From a virus, in IMG/VR virus record IMGVR_UViG_3300017991_000052: a stretch of 64,000 nucleotides of DNA; one strand, written 5' to 3'. Under the pieces are notes generated by a model that was not told the DNA's origin, did no database searches, and saw nothing but the letters and a program-made list of their open reading frames with translations. A program made the position numbers and the translations under genes. Shown one piece after another: positions 1 to 8,950 of the stretch; the stretch's first letter is position 1; every line of letters starts with the position of its first letter.

Positions 1-227
1 AATTATTAGTTGAGAAATCTAAGGGGCCATGGAAGAAAGGTAAGAAAGGTCCAGTAACTAAAGAGCAAAAATTGAAAGATGCTGCTGTGAATATTTACTA
101 TCATCAATATCGACAAAAGGATAATTACGATATAATAAGAAAACTTCTTGGGAAAGAAAGTGTTAGCATTGAAGATGTAGAAGACATTTTAAAAATACCA
201 AAGCGCTCAAGAATATTAGAAAGGTAA
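1..227 (+). CDS. Partial small basic protein (5' truncated), ...LLVEKSKGPWKKGKKG...RILER*
   Basis: Frame open from position 3 to TAA at 225-227; not in ORF track; carries VEK|S motif followed by K/G-rich segment like the next gene. Confidence 0.7.
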   Translation, partial: LLVEKSKGPWKKGKKGPVTKEQKLKDAAVNIYYHQYRQKDNYDIIRKLLGKESVSIEDVEDILKIPKRSRILER

Positions 228-231
228 TACA

Positions 232-978
232 ATGACTGTTAATAAATATCATTTAGATGGTGATAATAAGAAATTTGAAAAAGGTACTGGAAAACCCTGG
301 GCCCTTCAACAAAGAAAACCTGGTAAAGGTAAAGGTAAAAAAGGAAAAGAAGTTAAATATGATGATGTTATATTAGAAGAAATAATGAATGATATTGATA
401 CTTCAAAAAAGACATTGACTAGTTTACAAGGGCAAGAGTTAAATCATTATATCTCAGCTGGATCTTCTAATCTTTATGAAAAGAGAGCAATTCAATATCA
501 TGTTGGCCAAATAATTTCAGCTCCTGTTCCAGCATTATCTGAAGCACGAGAAAAATTAAAAGAGATCGATAAAAAATATACTGTAAGAATTGCAGAAGAT
601 ATGGGAAAAAATGAATCTAGAAATCTTGCTAGATTACATCATGATAAATTAAAAGAACAAAAAAGAATTGTATTTGGGGTACAACAATATTTAGATCTAA
701 CTCCAGAAAAGCAAGATGTAGGAGATAAGTATCTTGATGTAGCTAAAAAATTAGGGATTAAACCAGAACCAATGGGAACAGCTCCATTTATTTTTCATAA
801 AAAAAATGGGGATACTCTTACTTTTGGTTATGTTGATGGCCCATTAGGTTGGGATATTGTTAATAGAGAAGGAGAAATAAAAGATTCAAATCAGATGGAA
901 GATGAATATGCATCAGCCGAAGATCAAGTAGCTTTTATGAGAGATGTTGCTGATACATATGGATTTGAGCTTAAATAA
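232..978 (+). CDS. Hypothetical protein, candidate head-internal protein
   Basis: 248-aa ORF; leader MTVNKY...FEK|G followed by K/G-rich stretch. Confidence 0.7.
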   Translation: MTVNKYHLDGDNKKFEKGTGKPWALQQRKPGKGKGKKGKEVKYDDVILEEIMNDIDTSKKTLTSLQGQELNHYISAGSSNLYEKRAIQYHVGQIISAPVPALSEAREKLKEIDKKYTVRIAEDMGKNESRNLARLHHDKLKEQKRIVFGVQQYLDLTPEKQDVGDKYLDVAKKLGIKPEPMGTAPFIFHKKNGDTLTFGYVDGPLGWDIVNREGEIKDSNQMEDEYASAEDQVAFMRDVADTYGFELK

Positions 979-1367
979 TGTATTATCAATGTGTTGGTAA
1001 AACTCATTATTACGAGAAGCTGGGCTTCCCTCAGTATAAGGGACCAAATAACGTAAGTAAGTTTATTGACTATAAAGATTGGATGCCAGGGTACAAAAAG
1101 ACTCCATCAGAATTAGGTGTACCATTTCCGCCTCCAGAACAATTTAGAGATGCTGATGGCAGATTATGGTTATTAAGACATGGCGATATTGGAGTTGATG
1201 GCAATAAACCATTTACAAGTGAAGCTAGACATGGTGCAGAAGCAGTTGGGGATTGGAGTGGATTTAAGCCTCAAGTAAAAGAAAAAACATATGATCCGAA
1301 TTTAAGTTGGGCTTTTCAATGGGGAAATACATGGCAAAGCCTTAAACGAAGGGGATTTTTAAAATGA
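978..1367 (+). CDS. Hypothetical protein, paralog of 2653-3060
   Basis: Overlapping stop/start (TAATG); shares YE.xGFP.Y and SLK.RG motifs with 2653-3060. Confidence 0.7.
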   Translation: MYYQCVGKTHYYEKLGFPQYKGPNNVSKFIDYKDWMPGYKKTPSELGVPFPPPEQFRDADGRLWLLRHGDIGVDGNKPFTSEARHGAEAVGDWSGFKPQVKEKTYDPNLSWAFQWGNTWQSLKRRGFLK

Positions 1368-1606
1368 AAAAATATAAACTGCCAATAAAAAAGAATATAG
1401 ATAAACTTCCTATAGAAAAAGGTGGACCAGGATCTGGTCGAAGAAAAGGAAGTCGACTTGATGTTGGAATGCCATTAGTTAATGTTAATGGTAAACCTGG
1501 AGAAATTGTTGGTGGTAATAGTAGACATGGTTATTGGGTAAGATTCCATGGTAGTGGAGAAGAAAAACGTTATCCTGCTAAAAAAATTCATGTTATGAGA
1601 GACTAG
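1364..1606 (+). CDS. Small basic protein with KLPIEK-GGPGSG motif and SH3-like beta C-terminus
   Basis: ATG overlaps upstream stop; motif shared with 1767-2282. Confidence 0.7.
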   Translation: MKKYKLPIKKNIDKLPIEKGGPGSGRRKGSRLDVGMPLVNVNGKPGEIVGGNSRHGYWVRFHGSGEEKRYPAKKIHVMRD

Positions 1607-1766
1607 TTAAAATAGTATTAACAATTAATTTAAATTTGTTATTATCGCTATAAGAAAAGTTAATAAGTATTATATCCTCTTTCATTCTTCTGTTAATCAT
1701 AAAAAATTGCCTTCGTAGATAACATTTTTGTGGTAATAATTATATATATAGAGCAATAGCTTTCAA

Positions 1767-2282
1767 ATGAAAAAAACATTAATTTTAGATAATTTAGGTC
1801 GTATACAAGGGAGGTTGGAACCTCGCGGAGGTGACGTGTATGTGTATGACCGCAATGGTGTGTATCAAGGAAAAACTTCTGGCGGAAAAACATATAACAA
1901 GAATGGGATTATTATTGCTATTGGAGAAATCCCTGGTATTTTAATAAAATCAAAAAATAAATTACCAATTCAAAAAGGCGGTCCAGGATCTGGTAGAAAA
2001 AAATTAACTGAAAAAGATAAGAAACTTATAGCGTTAGCAAAAAAAGTAATTAAACCAGGTATGGATGCGTCTGATATAGTTGCTGCTTTAAAACAAGAAG
2101 GAGTAAGCCCTACTGAATTTTGGAAACCAAAAGATTATGAAACATGGGCTGAAAGAACTGGAAAAAAACATAAAGAAGCAAATAAAAATAGATCACAAGA
2201 AGATATTCAAAAAGAAGAAGAAAAGTATAAGAAACAACAAGAGAATGAAGATAAGACAAAGCGTAGATATGATATTGGCTAA
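1767..2282 (+). CDS. Hypothetical protein: beta-rich N-domain plus KLPIQK-GGPGSG basic domain
   Basis: 171-aa ORF; repeated YD.NG..G hairpin motifs, then GGPGSG motif. Confidence 0.7.
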   Translation: MKKTLILDNLGRIQGRLEPRGGDVYVYDRNGVYQGKTSGGKTYNKNGIIIAIGEIPGILIKSKNKLPIQKGGPGSGRKKLTEKDKKLIALAKKVIKPGMDASDIVAALKQEGVSPTEFWKPKDYETWAERTGKKHKEANKNRSQEDIQKEEEKYKKQQENEDKTKRRYDIG

Positions 2283-2302
2283 ATAAAAAAGGAGAGTGTT
2301 AC

Positions 2303-2653
2303 ATGAAAAAGTTACCTATTCTAAAAGCTAAAAAGAAACCTACGCGTTCTCAAGCAAAACAATCTGGAACGTATATCGGATTTGATAAATTGGTTGAGAA
2401 GTTAAAAAGAAAAAAAGGTATTTCAGAAAATTCATTGGAAAAAGCTTTGGATATTTTGAAAGTAGAGGATTTCTTCGAAGAACTTTGGGTAAAATCCATT
2501 GATGGTGTTATTATGAACACACCAGAATTTATGGAAGAAATTGGGAAGGCAAAGGTTTATAATCCCGCTGGATTAGCTGCATATATTGGAAGAAAAAAGT
2601 ATGGAAAGAAAAAGTATCAAGAAATGGCAGCTAAAGGAAAGAAGAAAAAATAA
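2303..2653 (+). CDS. Small basic phage protein (NPAGLAAYIGRKKYG motif)
   Basis: GGAG SD; motif recognised from small phage head-region proteins. Confidence 0.7.
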   Translation: MKKLPILKAKKKPTRSQAKQSGTYIGFDKLVEKLKRKKGISENSLEKALDILKVEDFFEELWVKSIDGVIMNTPEFMEEIGKAKVYNPAGLAAYIGRKKYGKKKYQEMAAKGKKKK

Positions 2654-3060
2654 TGGGGATGTTAGGTGAACAACCTACTCAACCAGTTTCAGCATTTGGG
2701 TGGTGGGTTGGTAAAACAGGGAGCCAGCTTATTCAATCGCTTGTTCCTCAAATGCCAAAGCCACCACCAAAATTAAATATAAACTTAACATATGATAATG
2801 TAAAACAAGTAAATCCAACAACACATGATTGGTCATATCCTCAAACATATAAATCTGGATCTGCTGAAATAAAAGCATATGAAGATAGAGGATTTCCACG
2901 TTATGATAATAATGGACAGCCAACAAAAGAATTTGCGAATTGGAATGGATTTAATTGGAAAGATTATCCAAATAGATTTGAACCGCCAAGAGAAAAAACA
3001 GCGACTACACATGGGGCAAGATTAGATTCTTTAAAAGAACGAGGCTTAATACAATCATGA
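2653..3060 (+). CDS. Hypothetical protein, paralog of 978-1367
   Basis: Coupled stop/start; shared motifs. Confidence 0.7.
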   Translation: MGMLGEQPTQPVSAFGWWVGKTGSQLIQSLVPQMPKPPPKLNINLTYDNVKQVNPTTHDWSYPQTYKSGSAEIKAYEDRGFPRYDNNGQPTKEFANWNGFNWKDYPNRFEPPREKTATTHGARLDSLKERGLIQS

Positions 3061-3485
3061 CATTAAAGATACATAAAGATTTAAGAATATGGAAGAAGCC
3101 AGACAAAAGAGCTTCTGAATATGCATCAGATCAGGGATTAGAATATTCTTCTAAAGATCCTGCGCCAAATCAATGGATTAGAAAAAACATTTTAGATAAA
3201 GTGGTTTATTGGATTGATACAGTTCATGAACCCGGTTCTCAAGAGGGGTATAGAACCGCCTTTAATGAATTAACTAATTATGCTATACCCCTTGGGGATA
3301 TTAAATTAAATATTGAATCATATATAGCACAAACAAAGATTAATAGAAAAGAATCAAAAGTAGAACCAACAAAAGATAATTTTAAGTATTATGATAATGA
3401 ACTTAAAGCTTTAGAAAATGTATTATTGTTGGTGAACGATAAGATCCCACCAGAAGAACGAGATCGCCTATTTACTTTAGGTTAA
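3057..3485 (+). CDS. Hypothetical protein
   Basis: ATGA overlap with upstream gene. Confidence 0.7.
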   Translation: MTLKIHKDLRIWKKPDKRASEYASDQGLEYSSKDPAPNQWIRKNILDKVVYWIDTVHEPGSQEGYRTAFNELTNYAIPLGDIKLNIESYIAQTKINRKESKVEPTKDNFKYYDNELKALENVLLLVNDKIPPEERDRLFTLG

Positions 3486-3493
3486 GGAGAAAT

Positions 3494-4081
3494 ATGACTA
3501 TCGCTAAATATACATTACATAATAATTTATTAGAAAAAATTGAAAACAATATTAATAAAACTATTGATATTAGCATGTGGGATCCCAAAAGAGATAATAT
3601 AGAAAATCATACAGATATAGATCCTGATATTGCAGATAAAATGCCATTTAAAGTTGGCGATTCTCGACAATTATTAGATAATAAAGTACATACTGATTTA
3701 TCAATTGATGAACAATTGCCAATAAGAAATAAAATAATTGTTATTATAAATGATGCTTTACAGACCGCAGATCACGATTCAAACGAAAGTAAAAGACAAC
3801 AAATATATAATTTAGGAATTAAAGAAGCTCTTACAGCATCAATAGAGCATATTAAGAGTGGAGTGAATTTATATGAATTAGCAGATTATTATAAAAAATT
3901 AGCATTTAAATACAAAAATATGTTAATTGATGAACCAGATACAGAAGAGTTAGAGTACCCACAAACACGATTCAAAGGAAGTGCTAGTGGGTTTTTTAAT
4001 TTATACCAGCTAATTGAATATAAATTAGCTGAAGAAACGATGACAAAATATAAACAAAATCTCGTCCCAGTGGTGAGATAA
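3494..4081 (+). CDS. Hypothetical protein with MTIAKY leader
   Basis: AAGGAG SD; 195 aa. Confidence 0.7.
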   Translation: MTIAKYTLHNNLLEKIENNINKTIDISMWDPKRDNIENHTDIDPDIADKMPFKVGDSRQLLDNKVHTDLSIDEQLPIRNKIIVIINDALQTADHDSNESKRQQIYNLGIKEALTASIEHIKSGVNLYELADYYKKLAFKYKNMLIDEPDTEELEYPQTRFKGSASGFFNLYQLIEYKLAEETMTKYKQNLVPVVR

Positions 4082-4096
4082 AAAAGGAGTGCAAAA

Positions 4097-4576
4097 ATGA
4101 AAGTGACGGAATCATATAGTAGCCAACCATTATTGAGACCAACAGAAAGATTTAAAAGTGTAGAAGAAAAGCTAGAGGAATTAAAACAAAACTTTTCTCA
4201 CAATGCTGTGAAAGTAGATTTTTTAAGAAAGTCTGATGGATTTAATTATGTATTAGGTTATGTTGGCTTAACCGAAGATAATGCAGAATGGAGAATATGG
4301 AAATCTATTGGTAATATTTCTAAAAGTGATGAATATCTTCATACATTTAAAAATGCCGATGAAGCACGAGTAATGTTTAAATCGGTAATTGAAGAAGATT
4401 ATACATCAAAGTCAATAGAAAAGGATCAAGTAGAAAAAGCAAGAAAAAAGAAAAAAAAGAAAAAAGATAATAATTTCGTATCTAAAGATAGTGACTATCC
4501 TGCGGCACAAGATAATTCTAGTGATGTTGAAGCAGCAAAAAATGCCGAGGAAAAAGGAACATTGGCAAAAGAATAA
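4097..4576 (+). CDS. Hypothetical protein rich in xKS/xKA motifs
   Basis: AAGGAG SD; FKS, RKS, WKS, SKS, EKA motifs. Confidence 0.7.
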   Translation: MKVTESYSSQPLLRPTERFKSVEEKLEELKQNFSHNAVKVDFLRKSDGFNYVLGYVGLTEDNAEWRIWKSIGNISKSDEYLHTFKNADEARVMFKSVIEEDYTSKSIEKDQVEKARKKKKKKKDNNFVSKDSDYPAAQDNSSDVEAAKNAEEKGTLAKE

Positions 4577-4602
4577 TAATTTCCCAACAAGGAGGAACAA
4601 CG

Positions 4603-5028
4603 ATGAAAGTCTATCGCGCAAAAGATAATGGTAGTAAAGTTACCGTTCAACAATTTGACGGAGCTTGGAACTACAATGATAAAAAAGAGAAAAGTATTGA
4701 ACAGTACGCTGGAGATGGTAGTTGGAAATGGCTTCATGGAGTAAAACTTATGGTTGATCCAGCTGGTTTAGTTATAAAAGGACCAGATATTTTTATTAGT
4801 AGAAAATATGATGATGTAAAAAATCTATCATATGCCGATACATTTACTGTAATGCGTTCAGTTGCAAGAGCAACTGGTGCAACTAATAAAGCTATTGAAA
4901 TGCCAGAAGATAAAGAAGCAAAAGAAAAAGCATGGCAAGAAGCAGTTGATTTAATGGATACATTAATTGAAACTAGAAAGCAACATGAAAAAGATAAAAC
5001 AAAGTATTTAACTCCAAGTAACGAATAA
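4603..5028 (+). CDS. Hypothetical protein
   Basis: AAGGAGG SD; 141 aa. Confidence 0.75.
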   Translation: MKVYRAKDNGSKVTVQQFDGAWNYNDKKEKSIEQYAGDGSWKWLHGVKLMVDPAGLVIKGPDIFISRKYDDVKNLSYADTFTVMRSVARATGATNKAIEMPEDKEAKEKAWQEAVDLMDTLIETRKQHEKDKTKYLTPSNE

Positions 5029-5041
5029 AGAAGGTGAAGCA

Positions 5042-5485
5042 ATGAGTAAGTTTGAAGCATTTAAATGTTTAGTTTGCGGGAAGAAATTTAAAAAGCCAAA
5101 AGAAGAGTGGGTTAAACTTAATGAGGAATTAAAAAAAGTAAATGACCCTGATAAAGTAAAGAATAAAATTGAATGTCCACAATGTAGAAATACAAAATTA
5201 CAGCATTTAGTTAAAAAGAATATTAATATATTTAAATCTTTATTTTCTTTTATAAATAAAATAATTGATTTAAATTTAAGTATGTTGGGTAATTTAGCTG
5301 CAAATACTTTGATTTTTATTAATAGACAAGTTGGTAGAAATATAGATATTGTAATTGAATATGTAATTGGATTTGTTGGCATATTAGTAGCTACTTATCT
5401 TACTAGTCAATATTTAAAAATAGATGTGTTGTGGAGTCTTGGAGTTGTATTTCTATTTTTCATAATTAAGAAACTATTAAAGTAA
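5042..5485 (+). CDS. Zn-ribbon membrane protein
   Basis: CLVC...CPQC plus two C-terminal hydrophobic helices. Confidence 0.65.
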   Translation: MSKFEAFKCLVCGKKFKKPKEEWVKLNEELKKVNDPDKVKNKIECPQCRNTKLQHLVKKNINIFKSLFSFINKIIDLNLSMLGNLAANTLIFINRQVGRNIDIVIEYVIGFVGILVATYLTSQYLKIDVLWSLGVVFLFFIIKKLLK

Positions 5486-5489
5486 AGTA

Positions 5490-5570
5490 TAGGCTAGGGT
5501 CGCTCCCGAAAAGAGACATTCTGAGTCTCCTGCCTAACTATAAAACCAGAAAATAACTACGGAGGTTATT
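5490..5570 (+). ncRNA. Structured cis-RNA (three-way junction plus SD-sequestering hairpin) upstream of free-standing endonuclease
   Basis: TAGGC/GCCTA, GGG/CCC and GAGAC/GTCTC stems; AATAAC/GTTATT hairpin encloses GGAGG. Confidence 0.6.
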
Positions 5571-5573
5571 AAT

Positions 5574-6254
5574 ATGCCAATTGGAGTATATAGAAAAACT
5601 AAAAAACATAAACAAAAAATCGGTAAAGCGAATAAAGGTAAAATTTCTTATAAAAAAGGAAGAACTTATGAAGAGATATATGGAAAAGAAAAAGCAAAAC
5701 AAATAATTAAAAAAATAAGTAAAACGAAAATAAAATATTATAAAACTCATGATGCCCCTATGAAAGGTAAAAAGCATTCAGAAGAAACAAAAGAAAAATT
5801 TAGAAAAATAAAATTAGGAAAGAAAACTGGAAGAAAACCAATGTTAGGCAAAAGTCATTCTAAAAAAACTAAACAATTATTAAGTGAAAAATTTAAAGGG
5901 AGAACATTTTCTAAAGAAGCAAAAAAGAAAATGAGAATATCAGCAATCAAAAGGATAGAACGAAATCATGGCATTGCACATCCTAACTATAATTCTAAAG
6001 CATGTGAATTTTTCAAAACATACGATAAAAAACATAATACTAATGGACAATATGCAACTAATGGTGGGGAATATTATATAAAAGAACTCGGATACTATCC
6101 CGATTACATAAACTTTGATAAGAAAATAATTATAGAATATGATGAGAATTATCATAAAGGTCAAATTAAAAAAGATAAAGGGCGTCAAATGGAAATACAA
6201 AAATTATATCCAGATTTTGAATTTGTAAGAGTTAAAGAAAGTAAAGGAGTGTAA
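5574..6254 (+). mobile_element. Free-standing homing endonuclease (NUMOD3 repeats plus PD-(D/E)xK-like domain)
   Basis: GKKHSEETKEK and GKSHSKKTK NUMOD3 repeats; YYPDYIN..IIIEYDENYH nuclease motif. Confidence 0.8.
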
Positions 6255-6256
6255 AC

Positions 6257-7909
6257 ATGGCATTTCGCGATGGATTTAATCAAACTATGAATAAAGCTTT
6301 TGGGCATTCACAAGTGTCTGCACGCCCATCTATTGTTACATCTGGAAGTTCAATGGAAAAGTCCATGCGAGCCTATTTACCTACATACCGTGATGATGCT
6401 CGATATGGACAACCACCAGAAGAAGGCTTTGAATACAAACTTAGAACTTCTTTATTGCGTAAAATGTATGAAAGAAATGTTGTTGTTCGTGCGGCAATAG
6501 ATACTATTATTAATGAAGTTGTATCTGCAAAATTTGAAATTAAACCAATAAATCCAGATGAAAAAGTTAGTCCAGAAAAAAAATCACAACAAGATAAAAA
6601 AATAAAAGAAATAGAAGATTTTTTTAATCATCCAAATGAAAATAGAGAATCATTTCGTATTTTATTAGAAAAAATGATGTGGGATCTTCTAGTATTTGAT
6701 GCTGGTGTCATAGAAAAAGTTAGAAATGTTGGCGGAGATAAATTAAAAGAAATTTATGCGATACCTGGAGATACAATAAGAATTAAAGTAGATGAACATG
6801 GTAAAATATTAGGGTATTGGCAAGTATTAGATGGTACAAAACGACCACCTAAGTTTTTTAAATCAGATAATATTATATATATCGTAATGAATCCGCGTTC
6901 TCATACACCTTATGGATTTTCTCCATTACATACATTGGAGAATATGGTAACAGCTTTCTTATATTCAGAACATTACAATGTTAAATATTTTGAAAATAAT
7001 GCTACACCAAGGGGAATATTAGAACTTGGAGCTATTAATGAAGGTCAATTAGATAGATTTAGAGAATATTGGAGGCAAGAAAATCTTCAGCAACCACATC
7101 GTGTAATGGTTGTTTCCAATCCGCATGCACACGAAGGCAAAGGCGGAATCAAATGGATTCCTTTAGCGTTAAATGCTAAAGATATGGAGCTAATGCAATA
7201 TTTAAATTGGTTAATGAAAATGATTCTTATGGTCTTTGGCGTTACGCCATCCGAGGTCGGCTTTGCGGACGAACTTAGAGGTGCACCTGCTCTTGGCCAA
7301 GTCCTCCAATCTCAAGCTTTTAAAAATAAAGCAATCTTTCCTATGATGGATAGAATTGCAAGATATTTTACTGAAGAAATTATTGTTTCTGAATTTGGGG
7401 CTAAAGATTTAATATTTGATTTTATTGAAGAACAATCAATTCAAGAACAATTACAAAAAGCCCAATTAGATTCATTGTTAATTCAATCTCAAATAATGAC
7501 TGTTGAAGAAGTTAGAAAAGACCGTGGATTAGAAATTAAAAAAGGAAGAGGAGTTCCTGGTCTTGAGGGCATTCTCGCTGGATTGCAAGGTAAACCTGCG
7601 CCTGGTGAAGAAGCAGTAATGGGAATTGAAAACGAACCAACAATTGTAGACACCGCATTTAAGCAGTTAAAAGAAGCAGTATATAATCATTTAGGTCTTG
7701 ATGAAAGTGTCGAGTCGAAGCCTGGCGTGCCTGAGACATTGGATGGCGCGTACAATGAGCTAAAAGATTCGATTGAAGCATATATTGGGCAGAAGAAAAC
7801 TGGAGAAACTGGAAGTCTTATTGAAGATGCTTTTCATCGATTAGTTAGAGAAATTAAACTTATGACTACAATGAAGCATATAGATGGTATTTTAAGTGGG
7901 AACCGCTAA
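6257..7909 (+). CDS. Portal protein (HK97-like)
   Basis: VRAAIDTI, YGFSPL, YFENNATPRGIL, VFGVTPSEVG and MTVEEVRK portal motifs. Confidence 0.93.
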   Translation: MAFRDGFNQTMNKAFGHSQVSARPSIVTSGSSMEKSMRAYLPTYRDDARYGQPPEEGFEYKLRTSLLRKMYERNVVVRAAIDTIINEVVSAKFEIKPINPDEKVSPEKKSQQDKKIKEIEDFFNHPNENRESFRILLEKMMWDLLVFDAGVIEKVRNVGGDKLKEIYAIPGDTIRIKVDEHGKILGYWQVLDGTKRPPKFFKSDNIIYIVMNPRSHTPYGFSPLHTLENMVTAFLYSEHYNVKYFENNATPRGILELGAINEGQLDRFREYWRQENLQQPHRVMVVSNPHAHEGKGGIKWIPLALNAKDMELMQYLNWLMKMILMVFGVTPSEVGFADELRGAPALGQVLQSQAFKNKAIFPMMDRIARYFTEEIIVSEFGAKDLIFDFIEEQSIQEQLQKAQLDSLLIQSQIMTVEEVRKDRGLEIKKGRGVPGLEGILAGLQGKPAPGEEAVMGIENEPTIVDTAFKQLKEAVYNHLGLDESVESKPGVPETLDGAYNELKDSIEAYIGQKKTGETGSLIEDAFHRLVREIKLMTTMKHIDGILSGNR

Positions 7910-8111
7910 AGATAAAATTGCTCCTGAAACTACGGGCAAAAAATTAGATCCAGAAATCAAAAGAGTATATTCAACTCTAAACCAATCAAAGAAACGTGAA
8001 AGATATGATAAGCCTCTACAACAACTAGAGACTTGGTATTATGATCTTCTAATAGAGAAGATGAAAAAAGTTAAAGAAAGGTTTAATGAGGTGTATAAGG
8101 AAGGTAAATAA
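7896..8111 (+). CDS. Small helical protein, possibly the detached N-terminal part of the MuF-like protein
   Basis: GTG start overlapping portal; coupled to the next gene. Confidence 0.5.
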   Translation: MGTAKDKIAPETTGKKLDPEIKRVYSTLNQSKKRERYDKPLQQLETWYYDLLIEKMKKVKERFNEVYKEGK

Positions 8112-8941
8112 TGAAATTTGATTTTACTTTTCCAAATACTTTGCTTTTAGCTTCACTATTTTTCCTATTTATCGACGATATTTTATCAGCAACTGACGAT
8201 CTTCCAGATAAAACTCTTTTATTAGGTGCTCAGTTATTACATGAGCAAGTAAAGCCGGGAACGACAATGGATATTAAAAGAATATCTGAAGAAGCTGGCC
8301 CCACATTAGAGAAATTAAAATTAAAACATTATTGGAATGTTCAAGGTTTAGCAGATAATTCTCGAAATAAGTTAATGGAAGTTATAGTTGGTGGTAAAGA
8401 AAAAGATCTTCCACCTGGAGAAATTGCTAAACAAATAAATACAGAAGTATTTGAGAAATTTTCCAATAAAGCATTATTAACAACAAGAACTTTTATTACG
8501 GAAGCTGAGGCTGAAGGTAGAGTTCTTTATGCTAAAATGCGCGAAAAAGATACTGGCAAAAAACAATATTTACAAGCAAATTCTGCACCAGATGCTTGTC
8601 CTTTATGTAAAACATATTTAAATTTCATCGATGGAAAAGGTTCTATAATAGAAGGAAAGATATTTCCAGTCGATTATTTAGCGAAACAAAAAAGTAATTT
8701 AAGTAAAAAACCTAAAGATATTAAACCAAATATTCCAGTTCATTTTAATTGTCGTTGTATTTGGTTACTTGTTTCAGAAGAAAAATATAAATCTCAACAA
8801 GACAGAATTAAAAAAGGTGAATTGAAAAATAGAAAATTAGATGAAGTTACTTCTATATTAAAAAAGCATGACAAAAATTTTAAGAAGACTATTGATGAAG
8901 TAACATTGGAAAAAACATTTGAATTAGAATTTACTTACTAG
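8111..8941 (+). CDS. Head morphogenesis protein (MuF/SPP1 gp7-like)
   Basis: Follows portal; ACPLC ... PVHFNCRC signature. Confidence 0.85.
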   Translation: MKFDFTFPNTLLLASLFFLFIDDILSATDDLPDKTLLLGAQLLHEQVKPGTTMDIKRISEEAGPTLEKLKLKHYWNVQGLADNSRNKLMEVIVGGKEKDLPPGEIAKQINTEVFEKFSNKALLTTRTFITEAEAEGRVLYAKMREKDTGKKQYLQANSAPDACPLCKTYLNFIDGKGSIIEGKIFPVDYLAKQKSNLSKKPKDIKPNIPVHFNCRCIWLLVSEEKYKSQQDRIKKGELKNRKLDEVTSILKKHDKNFKKTIDEVTLEKTFELEFTY

Positions 8942-8950
8942 GGGAGAATT

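Noticed and set aside
1607-1766. Sigma70 promoter in AT-rich gap (TTGCCT ... TAATAAT)
   Set aside because: Spacing is about 21 nt and the AT-rich background makes the match uninformative
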